From an uncultured Clostridia bacterium (GTDB lineage Bacteria > Bacillota > Limnochordia > DTU080 > RSA5), in the NCBI GenBank assembly GCA_964424335.1, contig CAYRIY010000001.1, forward strand, positions 60,340 to 123,869: a stretch of 63,530 bases of DNA. Direction: 5' to 3'. Numbering within the stretch: the stretch's first letter is position 1; every line of letters starts with the position of its first letter. Positions 1 to 9,233 of the stretch are shown here, one piece after another. Under the pieces are notes generated by a model. That model worked only from the letters and a program-made list of their open reading frames with translations. It was not told the origin of the DNA and ran no database searches. The position numbers and the translations under genes were made by a program.

Positions 1-193
1 GCTGTGGCTCGGGCTGGGGGCGTTCGAGCAAAAAGAGCATCGAATGGAACGCACTCATTCCGCCGCCGCCGCCGGGAGCGGTATGCACCACCTTCCACCC
101 TTCGTCCAACAGCGCCTGCAACTTTCGGTTTTGAATGTCCAGAACATTGGGCGAGTCGAACATGATCATGATCACGAGTTGGTCCATGTTCAC
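1..193 (-). CDS. Small protein, 5' part only (64 codons, runs off the left edge); DUF4177-like pattern
   Basis: Open minus-strand frame from GTG at 193 (ATG at 187) to position 1. AGGAGGA lies 10 nt upstream of the GTG. Translation: VNMDQLVIMIMFDSPNVLDIQNRKLQALLDEGWKVVHTAPGGGGGMSAFHSMLFLLERPQPEPQ. Not in the ORF track because it is truncated. Confidence 0.4.
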   Translation of the reverse strand, partial: MNMDQLVIMIMFDSPNVLDIQNRKLQALLDEGWKVVHTAPGGGGGMSAFHSMLFLLERPQPEPQ

Positions 194-482
194 GATGCCC
201 ACGTCCTCCTTATAGCGCGTCCGAGCATGAGTTCCCGCAATGGATGAAAATCCGTCTGCCATGCATCCCCACTTGCCGCCCCGGATTTTCATCCGCTCGT
301 GGGTTGGCCGGGTTGGCGGGGTTGACAAGGTTGGGTGGCCCTGGCTATTCCTTCGGAATAAAGGATCTGCAAAACGGCGGCTGGGCATTCGGTGACCGTG
401 TGCCAATGTCGTTCGACATCGACAGGGCGCACTTTTTTGTAACTTGGCAATGTAGTAGGGCAATGGGGACCGGGAGGATGAC

Positions 483-1508
483 ATGCTCAGGGATTTCACA
501 CGCGATCCCCTAACGGGCCTGTCCAATCTCATCAAGGCCGTCGAGCGTAAAGACGAGGTTTTTCGGGGCAGCACGGGGGCTCTCATCGTATTCGACCTCA
601 TCGATTTGGGCGAGGTAAACCGGCGCTGGGGGCGCGATGTCGGGGACCGGGTAATCAATGGCTTAAGCCATGCGATCCAAGTTTGCGCGTCGAGCATGCT
701 CGCGGACGCCGAAGCCTTTCGTCTTTCGGGCGATGACTTTTTGCTCTCGGCGCGGGACATGCGAAAAGAAGACGTGCATCCGTTCGTATTGTGCGTTGAA
801 AAGGAACTTGCAGCGTACACCGAGGGGCGTAGGCTGCCAATGATGACCTTTCGATACGCAAGCGTCAACTACCCCGATGACGTCCAAACGCTCCCGGCGG
901 CCTTTGTACACCTGTACCGCGACTTAAGCCGGACGCCGTCCGCGGGCGGAGCGGATTGGATGGAGGCCCTGGTCGAAAAGCTCTTTCAAGATTTCGCAGA
1001 GACGATCGATCAGTTGAAATTTGCGCACGACAAGGCGTTGACAGACGACATATCGGGACTTGCCAACCACCGTGCGGCAGAGCAACTCCTCGAAAGTCTC
1101 CTCGCAAGGTACTACAACGATCAGCACCCGTTTGCGATCCTTTTCGTCGACGGCGACAACCTCAAGCAATACAACGAGATGGGATACGACCGTGGAAATG
1201 AACTAATCAAGAGGTTGGGCGCAACGATTCGCGCTTCCATTCGAGCGGGAGATTCCGTATTTCGCTGGCTCTCGGGAGATGAGTTCCTCGTCGTGCTTCC
1301 CGGGGTCGATCGGAGCGCGGCGGAGCAGATTGGCGAGCGGGTTTGCCTCGCGGTCGCAAAGGCATTCTCGCACTGGACGATTCCCGTAACCGTCTCGGTC
1401 GGGGTAGCGGCGTGTCCACAGGACGCGCAGACGGTGGACGAGCTGATTCGGTGCGCTTCTCGGGCCAATGCGGAGGCCAAGCAGATGGGTAAGAATCGGG
1501 TCTCTTAG
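483..1508 (+). CDS. Tandem GGDEF-domain protein (diguanylate cyclase-like) with degenerate SGDDF and SGDEF motifs
   Basis: Two GGDEF-type modules. First: DPLTGLSN...DLIDLGEVNRRWGRDVGD...RLSGDDF. Second: ISGLANHR...VDGDNLKQYNEMGYDRGN...WLSGDEF. No obvious sensor domain or TM segment. Confidence 0.85.
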   Translation: MLRDFTRDPLTGLSNLIKAVERKDEVFRGSTGALIVFDLIDLGEVNRRWGRDVGDRVINGLSHAIQVCASSMLADAEAFRLSGDDFLLSARDMRKEDVHPFVLCVEKELAAYTEGRRLPMMTFRYASVNYPDDVQTLPAAFVHLYRDLSRTPSAGGADWMEALVEKLFQDFAETIDQLKFAHDKALTDDISGLANHRAAEQLLESLLARYYNDQHPFAILFVDGDNLKQYNEMGYDRGNELIKRLGATIRASIRAGDSVFRWLSGDEFLVVLPGVDRSAAEQIGERVCLAVAKAFSHWTIPVTVSVGVAACPQDAQTVDELIRCASRANAEAKQMGKNRVS

Positions 1509-1685
1509 GCAGCAACTTTTGAGCGCTCAGCCAGCATGTGGTCGAAATCGGGTCCAAACTGGAAATCAGACACAAGAATAGTCAGAAAGTGGCGCACAGC
1601 CTGGGAAGGCTGTGCCGCGGCCGGTCGCCAATCCCTACTACATCAGCGTTGACTGGGCGTTTAGGCGCGTAGGGAGGGACCGCTA

Positions 1686-2954
1686 TTGATCAACCGCATG
1701 TTTGCGATCATCCTTGCGACGGTGCTCTCATTTGCGATCACGGATGTCGGCTCCGCGGGCGGGGCCACCAAGATCACAATCGGACTGCCCGGCGGGAGCG
1801 CGGCTCACGACCCGAGGATCCTCGAACGATTCCTTGAGTCACATCCGGACATCGAAGTAGAAACCATCGTCTTCCCGTGGGAAGAGTTCTTTACGAAACT
1901 CTCGTTGATGCTCGTCACCGATACTGCCCCCGACGTTTGGTACGGCGAGGCGGGCAGGGCATTCGAATGGTACAAAGCCGGATTTACTGAAGACCTGGGC
2001 CCCCGGGCCGAGCGCGACCTGGCGCTCGAGGATTTCTTCATGCTCGACGCGGCGCAAGATCCCGCGACCGGAGCTTGGACCGGCGTGCCGAGCGACTTCC
2101 AAATCACCTCGCTCTACTACAACATCCAGCACCTCGCGTCGGCCGGCATTCCATTTCCTGATGAGACTTGGACCATTCGCCATCTCTTCGAGTCGGCGCG
2201 AAAATTGACGAAAAGAGACGGCGATGTGGCGGAGCGTTGGGGGTTTAACCTACAGCCTGAGTACATCACGTCGGGATGGATGCTATGGATCAAGCTGCTC
2301 GGCGGCCAAGTGCTCGATCCTTCGCGCACGGAGTCGAGGCTCGCGCACAGCGATACAGTCGCCGCATTGAGGACGATGGGCGAGATGATCCATGAAACCC
2401 ACATCACGCCGTCGCCGGCCGACGAGGCATTTCCTGCGTGGGCCGCAGTCTCAGGGTTTCAACAAGGCACGACCTCGATGATGTTCAACATCTACTCCTG
2501 GAACAACTTCCTGCACGCCTATGGCATGGACGAGTACGACGTCGCGGTCGTCCCAGCGTCCGACGACGGCAGGCGCGTGACCACCGCCGTGCCTAATGTA
2601 TGGGTGGTGAACGCCAAGTCATCTCCTGGGCGCCGTGATGCCGCCTGGGAATGGATCAAGTTTCAAGTCGGCGAAGAAGCGCAGCGGATCCGGATGTCCG
2701 GTGGGGCGGGCGTCCCGGTAAACCGCAACGTAGCGTTTGAGTTCATCGAGCTTCCAAACCCGCCCGACAATCGAATCGTTTACCTCGACAGCTTTGCGTT
2801 CGCCCAGACGCTCGAGGAAAACGCCGTCTGGGAACGGTACCGCCGCGCGGTGGAGGAGGAGCTCCTACCGTTTTGGGGCGGACAGATCTCGGCGGAGGAG
2901 GCCGCCCTTCGGGCAGACCATAAGGTCGGGTTGATCTTGAGTGAGCTGTCCTAG
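1686..2954 (+). CDS. Extracellular solute-binding protein, ABC family 1 (sugar type), orphan
   Basis: N-terminal hydrophobic signal (MINRMFAIILATVLSFAITDVGSAGG), no Cys. Overall length and pattern match CUT1 sugar SBPs. No adjacent permease genes. Confidence 0.8.
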   Translation: MINRMFAIILATVLSFAITDVGSAGGATKITIGLPGGSAAHDPRILERFLESHPDIEVETIVFPWEEFFTKLSLMLVTDTAPDVWYGEAGRAFEWYKAGFTEDLGPRAERDLALEDFFMLDAAQDPATGAWTGVPSDFQITSLYYNIQHLASAGIPFPDETWTIRHLFESARKLTKRDGDVAERWGFNLQPEYITSGWMLWIKLLGGQVLDPSRTESRLAHSDTVAALRTMGEMIHETHITPSPADEAFPAWAAVSGFQQGTTSMMFNIYSWNNFLHAYGMDEYDVAVVPASDDGRRVTTAVPNVWVVNAKSSPGRRDAAWEWIKFQVGEEAQRIRMSGGAGVPVNRNVAFEFIELPNPPDNRIVYLDSFAFAQTLEENAVWERYRRAVEEELLPFWGGQISAEEAALRADHKVGLILSELS

Positions 2955-4324
2955 TCTCTGACGGGTGGGCGCGGCGGAACATACCGCCAATCTAAGTCGT
3001 CGTCGATTCGAATCCATTCGTGAGCCGACAGGCGGGAGGCGATGAGGTACTGCGCCTCCCGCAAGTTTCTTCCGGGCGTTTCTTTGACGCACGTGTACGA
3101 TACGCCGTCGATGACAAATCCGTAAAAGTCGACTTGCGATACTTGGTGCACTCTGTATACGTAGCGGTCGTCGAAACTCTCGTTCCAAACGCGCCAGCGG
3201 CCCATGACGTCTCTTGCAAGCTGCGGACAGGCGTCCTTACTGTCACGGAGGTTGATCATGTAAAAGCGTGTGTCGACTCCGGTCTCCCTGGTCGGGTCGA
3301 GTCCCGCCTCCATTTGCCGGGCGCCTTGTCCGATCGACATGACCGCTGCTTCAAGCTGGGCCCCTCCCAAAGACCTCGGGGCGTCCACCGCAAATACGTA
3401 TCCGAAATAGAGCAGCGCTACGACGCCTCCGATCCAGATGAGCGGCGTGGGGAGGGTAAGCGGGGGCGGGATCGGCGGAGACTCATAACCGCTTGGGCCA
3501 AGCTCCTCTCGATAGGGACGCCAGTACTCGGTCGAACTCAAAGTCGTCGCGGTCGAAATCCGGTCGACGAGGTCGTAGAAGACGGCGCCCGCGAGGTCTG
3601 AAAGGCGTCGGTCATCTACGGCGTCAAAGGGTCCTTTAACGACTAGCGCTACCGGGAGCGAACGCACCGTCTCGTCTTCTCCAGCGTCCAATGTGACCTC
3701 GATTGAACTGGGACCTGAAAGGCGAAACTGGCGTGCCAGCAATACCTTTACGGTCCACGCGCACGCGGCTGTTGGCAGGCGCCTCGCCATGAGCGCGTAT
3801 GCCCGGAGTCGAACGCTCCACCAAAGCCGCAACCAAATGGGGCAGGAGACGATCATCACCAGGCTTTCCGCGCGGGATACGCCCGGCACAGACGAGCTTG
3901 CGACCATGACGACGCCTGTGGCGACCGCTCCGAGCACAGCAAAGAAGTGGCCTGGGTGAAAAGCGGCGGGTCCGACTCGAAAGAGCCACGACCTGCGCAC
4001 GCCGGCGCGGTGGAGGAGGACGTACCCGGCGCCGATCAGAGCAAACCAAATGAATGCCGCGGCCCATTGGCCGATTGAATACGGTGGGAGCGGCTGGCAC
4101 GCCGACAAGTCGACAGGCCAAAGAATTTGGTCGGTAAAGAGGCAGTTGACGACAAACCAAACAGGAATCCCAAGGGGCAGCAGAAGGAGGCCGCAAAGCG
4201 CGCCAATCCCGGCGATCATATAGCATGGGCCGTACGCCGTAACCCCTTCCATGAATGACGTGCGCAGTTCGGGGCGATTCCATAGGCTCGCGGGGGCCGA
4301 TCGATCCGATTCGGTTGTCATCAT
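2951..4324 (-). CDS. Polytopic membrane protein of unknown function
   Basis: Long ORF with several hydrophobic helices plus a C-terminal soluble domain. I prefer the ATG-ATG at 4324/4321 (GGGGA upstream) over the track start at 4399, which overlaps the upstream gene. Confidence 0.55.
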   Translation of the reverse strand: MMTTESDRSAPASLWNRPELRTSFMEGVTAYGPCYMIAGIGALCGLLLLPLGIPVWFVVNCLFTDQILWPVDLSACQPLPPYSIGQWAAAFIWFALIGAGYVLLHRAGVRRSWLFRVGPAAFHPGHFFAVLGAVATGVVMVASSSVPGVSRAESLVMIVSCPIWLRLWWSVRLRAYALMARRLPTAACAWTVKVLLARQFRLSGPSSIEVTLDAGEDETVRSLPVALVVKGPFDAVDDRRLSDLAGAVFYDLVDRISTATTLSSTEYWRPYREELGPSGYESPPIPPPLTLPTPLIWIGGVVALLYFGYVFAVDAPRSLGGAQLEAAVMSIGQGARQMEAGLDPTRETGVDTRFYMINLRDSKDACPQLARDVMGRWRVWNESFDDRYVYRVHQVSQVDFYGFVIDGVSYTCVKETPGRNLREAQYLIASRLSAHEWIRIDDDLDWRYVPPRPPVRD

Positions 4325-4355
4325 CGTTCCCCTACTTTCATCACGTAGAGACGGT

Positions 4356-5792
4356 TCAACGCGGGGCAAGGTGACGCTCGAGCGTGAAACCTCCGGCATA
4401 TGGCGACAAGCGGAGGATGTCGACGGCGATCACCCGTGAGCGAAAGTGCTCGGGCGCCCCTGAACCATGGCCTTCGTCACCCTTTTGTAAGCGCTCAAAG
4501 TAAACCACGGCGAGGGTAATGGGTACGCTCAAGTTTGCCTCAAGGCCCCTAAGTCCTGCTCCGCCGGTCGTTCCCGCATTGACGTACGCGGTTCCTGATC
4601 GAAACTGCACGCTTGCGGTGTGACTGTGGCCAAACAGGATGGCAGGGACGAGTCCCGGGTTCACGCCCTGAGCCGTACGAAAATTGTGCAACGCAAGAAT
4701 GTCAGGGACGTCCTCCATCGCGCCGAGTCTTTGATTGATCGCCTGAGCATGGCTCATGGCCTCGGTGGGAGACATGGCCTCGGCCGACTGGCGAAACGCG
4801 GCCGGGTCGGGAAGCCCTGCTACGGTGAGTCCGGCATGTTCCACCTGGCGACCGTCGATCAATGTGATGGAACCCAAAGACTCGATCTTGTCCAGGACGG
4901 CCGGCGTCTCGTGATTGCCGCTTACGAAAAGGTGTGGCACATCGATCGTCCAAAGTCCTTCGAGGAGTTCGGTCTCGAGGATCGTGCCGAAGTCCGTTAG
5001 GTCGCCCGTGTTTACAATGAAGTCGACGCCAAACGATCGCGCAATCTCGCTCACGACGGTCGCCGCGGACGGATGATTGTGAAAGTCCGTCACGTGGAGG
5101 ACCACGACGTCAGCCGCATCCAAGGAGGCAGAGGGCGGCAGCGATTCGACTCGTTGATACATTCGGTAAAGGCCCGACGAGAGCGCCCTGAGCCTTTGGT
5201 CGATCTCCTCGACTTTTACGATGGCATCATCGACTGTCTCGACAAGCCACGGCACGGCTTCGATCGCACCGCTGTAGACGGGACTTCGAAAGCCGTCGAG
5301 GTTGTATGTGACGCGGGCAAGGCCGATCACGGCGCCCATGGCGAGCGCTCCGGCCGCCGCGGCTGCCATCGTGCGCCGGGCGGAGGGGCGGCCCCGAAGC
5401 GCGAGGGATAGGCCCCACATGAGCGCTGCGCCCCCGAGCGCAGCCGTGACGAGCAACCGGGCGATGTACATCCCTAGGGCCTGCATTGCCCTTGCGGTCA
5501 CCGCATCGATCGTCTCGAGCCGGGATTCCTGTGAGACATCGAGGAAGGAGCGAAGCGACTCGAGGTTGATTCGTTCCAAGGTGATGAGCAATCGACTCGG
5601 GCCGGAGTGCGTGTAGGCCAAGACGTCGCCAAGTGGAGGAAATGCGAGCACGGTCGATCCGTTTGGCGCAATTTCCCACGCGACCAAGACCCCGACGAGC
5701 CCGAGGTCGACACTCATGCGACCAAAGAGAACGGCCGCGGCAAGGCCGCCCACGACTCCCAGGAGAGCTGCAGTGACGAGCTGCCGCTTCAA
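4356..5792 (-). CDS. Membrane-anchored metallophosphoesterase (calcineurin-like)
   Basis: Motifs VLHVTDFHNH, NTGDLTDFG, SGNHE and GHSH follow N-terminal TM segments. Confidence 0.8.
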   Translation of the reverse strand: MKRQLVTAALLGVVGGLAAAVLFGRMSVDLGLVGVLVAWEIAPNGSTVLAFPPLGDVLAYTHSGPSRLLITLERINLESLRSFLDVSQESRLETIDAVTARAMQALGMYIARLLVTAALGGAALMWGLSLALRGRPSARRTMAAAAAGALAMGAVIGLARVTYNLDGFRSPVYSGAIEAVPWLVETVDDAIVKVEEIDQRLRALSSGLYRMYQRVESLPPSASLDAADVVVLHVTDFHNHPSAATVVSEIARSFGVDFIVNTGDLTDFGTILETELLEGLWTIDVPHLFVSGNHETPAVLDKIESLGSITLIDGRQVEHAGLTVAGLPDPAAFRQSAEAMSPTEAMSHAQAINQRLGAMEDVPDILALHNFRTAQGVNPGLVPAILFGHSHTASVQFRSGTAYVNAGTTGGAGLRGLEANLSVPITLAVVYFERLQKGDEGHGSGAPEHFRSRVIAVDILRLSPYAGGFTLERHLAPR

Positions 5793-5840
5793 TCGAGGAC
5801 CCCCTTCTTGGTAGGTCGCTTTGGTACAAAGCGTACCCGA

Positions 5841-7751
5841 TCACGAAAGGGTTATCCGCCGCATTTCGCCGGAATTGGCGCCGGCGCTCGCATGGACCTG
5901 CGTTCGGTACAGGCTCGCATACCTTCCGTTGCTTGCAAGAAGCGTCGCGTGGTCGCCGCATTCCACGATTTCCCCTTGATCCAGCACGACGATCATGTCG
6001 GCTTTGCGGATGGTCGACAACCGGTGTGCGATCACCAGGTTGGTTCGGCCTTCAAAGAGCCGTTCGAGCGCCTCTTGGATGAGGTGCTCCGACTCGCTGT
6101 CCAATTGGCTGGTGGCCTCGTCGAGAACGAGTATGCGCGGATTTTTGAGCAGGGCTCGCGCGATCGCAATCCGCTGGCGCTGGCCGCCGGATAGCCGGAC
6201 GCCCCGCTCGCCGATCGGGGTCTGATACCCATTTGGAAACTCGACGATGAACTCGTGGGCGTTTGCCGCGCGCGCGGCGCGCTCGATCTCGCTTTGGCTC
6301 GCATCGGGCTTGCCGTACGCGATGTTTTCCGCGACCGTTCCGTGCAGCAGCGTGATGTCTTGAGACACGATCCCCATCTGATCCCGCAACGAGTGGAGGG
6401 TTACTTCCCGGACGTCGACGCCGTCGATCAATACGGCGCCTTCGTTTGGATCGTAAAAGCGGGCAAGTAGGTTGATCATCGTTGTCTTGCCGGCTCCCGA
6501 CGGGCCCACGAACGCGACCGTCGTTCCGGCGCGGATCTCCAGGTCGATGCCTCGCAAGGCCGGGCGGTCGCCGTCTTGGTTCGCATATGCGAACGTGACG
6601 TTTCGGTATTCAATCCGCTCTTTGAGGGCGCCAAGGTCCCGGGCGCCGGGTTTTTCGACCACGTCCGGCCGGGTGTCCAAGATCTCAAAGACGCGCTCGC
6701 CGGCCGCTGCGGCCTGCTGGATCACGTTCATGATGCGGCCAAATCGGCGGACGGGCCTGTGGAGCATTTGCAGGTAGCTCATGAAGGCGACGAGCGTCCC
6801 GATGCTCATGCGGCCAAGCATGACTTGCCGGGCTCCAAACCCCAGGATCACGACGGTGCCGAGGTTGTTCAAAATATCGAGGGAGGGAAAGAACACCGAC
6901 CATAGGCGAACGGCGCGGACGTTTGCCTCCATGTTGAGCCGGTTGCGCGCTGAGAAGCGCTCCACCTCGTAGTCTTCGTTTGCAAATGACTTGACGAGGC
7001 GGATGCTCGAGATTGTATCCTGCAGGTGCTCGTTGACGCCGGCCATCCGCTCTTGGACCTCCTTGTAGGCCGAGCGAATCCTGCGACCAAATAGCCTGGT
7101 CGTGACGATCATCAAAGGAAAGGTGAGGAGGAGGAGCGCGGTGAGTTGCCAGTCGGTCCATATGAGGACCGCCGCAATGACGACAAAGGTGAATGCGTCC
7201 GTGAAAATCTCCATGACGCCCGACGTTATCAGTTGTTGGAGCGAGTTCACGTCGTTCGTGACGCGTGACATCAGCTCCCCGGTTCTGCGGCTGTCGAAAA
7301 AGCTGAACGATAAGTTTTGGATGTGCCTGTAGAGTTGATTGCGCAGCGTGTAAATGACGCGTTGCCCGACGTACGACATCACGTAGCTTTGTCCGTAGGT
7401 GAGGAGGCCGGTCGAAAGGGACGTGGCAAAAATCGCTGCGATCACCCAAAGGATGAGATGGTAGTTTCCCGACGGTATGACGACGTCGATCGTGTACCTG
7501 GTAAGTTGGGGAATGACGAGGCTCAAGAGGGCGATCCCCGTCACACAAAGTCCGGCGATGGCAAGACCGCCCCGGTGTGCCCACGTGTACTTAAAGAGCC
7601 GCTTGAAAATAATCGACGCAGGCTGCGTAGGCTTTTGCACGTCGTGATCGCGCGTAAACTGGCGCAACTCCCAGCCGCGTGGTCCCATGCCCATTCGACC
7701 ATCTCCTTCTTTCACCAATCGCCCGTTCGCGAAAGTGTGACGAACGATCAC
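5841..7751 (-). CDS. ABC exporter, fused permease/ATPase (multidrug/lipid type)
   Basis: Six-TM N-terminal half. Walker A GPSGAGKTT, signature LSGGQRQRIAIARAL, Walker B ILVLDEATS. The ATG overlaps the marR stop (ATGA at 7748-7751). Confidence 0.9.
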   Translation of the reverse strand: MIVRHTFANGRLVKEGDGRMGMGPRGWELRQFTRDHDVQKPTQPASIIFKRLFKYTWAHRGGLAIAGLCVTGIALLSLVIPQLTRYTIDVVIPSGNYHLILWVIAAIFATSLSTGLLTYGQSYVMSYVGQRVIYTLRNQLYRHIQNLSFSFFDSRRTGELMSRVTNDVNSLQQLITSGVMEIFTDAFTFVVIAAVLIWTDWQLTALLLLTFPLMIVTTRLFGRRIRSAYKEVQERMAGVNEHLQDTISSIRLVKSFANEDYEVERFSARNRLNMEANVRAVRLWSVFFPSLDILNNLGTVVILGFGARQVMLGRMSIGTLVAFMSYLQMLHRPVRRFGRIMNVIQQAAAAGERVFEILDTRPDVVEKPGARDLGALKERIEYRNVTFAYANQDGDRPALRGIDLEIRAGTTVAFVGPSGAGKTTMINLLARFYDPNEGAVLIDGVDVREVTLHSLRDQMGIVSQDITLLHGTVAENIAYGKPDASQSEIERAARAANAHEFIVEFPNGYQTPIGERGVRLSGGQRQRIAIARALLKNPRILVLDEATSQLDSESEHLIQEALERLFEGRTNLVIAHRLSTIRKADMIVVLDQGEIVECGDHATLLASNGRYASLYRTQVHASAGANSGEMRRITLS

Positions 7752-8221
7752 TTCCCGTCCAAGCGCGATAGGTGGCCGTTTATTTTCTCGAGCAGTCGCC
7801 CAAGGAGGACTGTCTCCTCTTCCGACAATCCGGACATGATTTCTTGAACGGCCGCTCGGTGCCTCGGCTCCAGGTCATGGAGGACCCGTTGCCCTTTTTC
7901 GCTCAGAGTTATTCGCACCACCCGGCGGTCTTCGTCCGAGCGCGTGCGCTCCACCCAACCCTCGCGCACCAGCCGGTCCACGATGCCCGACGTATTGCCA
8001 GGGTCGACCATGGCCGTTTGCGCCAACTGGGTGAGCGTGATCCCTTCAGGCGGAATCCGCCTTAGGATCCCGAATTGAGATCCAGTTAGCCCGTAGGCGT
8101 CAAACAGGCCTTGCATCTCCCTCCTCAATCTGCGAGAGGTTCGCAAGATGCTCCGGTATACGTCGATCGTCATGTCCAGAGCCGTCCGCTCAGGCGTCGG
8201 CGCGGTCGGTTGAGTCAACAT
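7748..8221 (-). CDS. MarR-family transcriptional regulator
   Basis: Winged-HTH pattern (LTGSQFGILRRI...LTQLAQTAMVDPGNTSGIVDRLVREGWVER...DRRVV). First gene of the operon with the ABC exporter. Confidence 0.9.
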   Translation of the reverse strand: MLTQPTAPTPERTALDMTIDVYRSILRTSRRLRREMQGLFDAYGLTGSQFGILRRIPPEGITLTQLAQTAMVDPGNTSGIVDRLVREGWVERTRSDEDRRVVRITLSEKGQRVLHDLEPRHRAAVQEIMSGLSEEETVLLGRLLEKINGHLSRLDGK

Positions 8222-8256
8222 TCACAACTCCTCAACAGCGTCTATCTATAACTATA

Positions 8257-8279
8257 GTAATCACAATATTTGTAGTTAC
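8257..8279. promoter_or_regulatory. Imperfect inverted repeat, candidate MarR operator
   Basis: GTAATCACAATATTTGTAGTTAC (8 of 11 arm positions pair) in an AT-rich stretch 36 nt upstream of the marR start. Confidence 0.3.
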
Positions 8280-8336
8280 AATTATTTTAACCCATAGGTG
8301 GCGAGATGCGCAATGCGTCAGGACGCGATTAACGAA

Positions 8337-8372
8337 GAAGCGTGACTTCGCACATTGGCGATGTCACGCTTC
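8337..8372 (-). terminator. 10-bp perfect hairpin downstream of the nagB-like gene
   Basis: GAAGCGTGAC-N16-GTCACGCTTC. On the minus strand it is followed by TTCGTT, a weak U tract. Confidence 0.35.
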
Positions 8373-8448
8373 GCTGTCGATCGTCTCTTGGCAGGACCGG
8401 TCATCGGTCTTCACAGTCGGCGTGGGCCGAATGTAAGGGAAAAACGCG

Positions 8449-9222
8449 TCAAAGCAGTGAGGCCGATGACAGGTCGAGGAAGAGCGTTGCGTTTGGATGG
8501 GTGCGGAGAATCGAGGCAGGGCAGCTCTCGGCCAACGGCCCCGTAAGCGCGTCCTTTACGGCCTGGGCTTTTCGCTGGTCTGGAACGACGGAAATGATCT
8601 CCTTCGATTTCATGATCGTCGGAACGGTTAGCGTGATGGCGTATTTTGGCACGTCGTCGACGGTCGGAAACCAGCCTTCTCCGACCTGTTGCATTCTGCA
8701 CGCGTGGTCGAGTTCGACGATTTTCACGCCTCGCTCGTCGTTGAAGTCGGCGACGGGGGGATCGTTGAACGCGATGTGGCCGTTCTCGCCGATGCCGATG
8801 AAACCAAGGTCGATCGGGTTTCGCGCAAGCAACTCTTCATACCTGCGGCACTCCGCCTCACCGTCGCCGGTATCTCCGTGGATGTAGTGAAACTTTCGAG
8901 GTCCATAGGGGCGCTCGATACGCTCCGTGAGCCAAAGGCGAAAGCTCGCGGGGTGGTTGGCGTCGATGCCCAGGTATTCGTCGAGGTGGAACGCCTCGAT
9001 GCGGTCCCATTCGAGGTCGAATTCTTTGAGTGCCGCCACAAATTCAAACTGCGATGCGCCGGTCGAGAAGAGGAGGTTAGCCGTCTCTTTTTGAGACAAC
9101 ACGCTGCGAATCCGGTCCGCCGCCAAGGCGGCCGCGGCCCTGCCGAGCTCTACCTTATTCTCGTACACTTCGACGCTCAACTTCTCGTATGTTCGCACAT
9201 CTACTCTAGCCATGAATTGCAC
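8449..9222 (-). CDS. nagB: Glucosamine-6-phosphate deaminase/isomerase family protein
   Basis: STGASQ, HLDEY and GIGENGHIAFNDPP motifs typical of NagB/Pgl-family sugar-phosphate isomerases. Confidence 0.8.
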   Translation of the reverse strand: MQFMARVDVRTYEKLSVEVYENKVELGRAAAALAADRIRSVLSQKETANLLFSTGASQFEFVAALKEFDLEWDRIEAFHLDEYLGIDANHPASFRLWLTERIERPYGPRKFHYIHGDTGDGEAECRRYEELLARNPIDLGFIGIGENGHIAFNDPPVADFNDERGVKIVELDHACRMQQVGEGWFPTVDDVPKYAITLTVPTIMKSKEIISVVPDQRKAQAVKDALTGPLAESCPASILRTHPNATLFLDLSSASLL

Positions 9223-9233
9223 TCCCTCACTGG

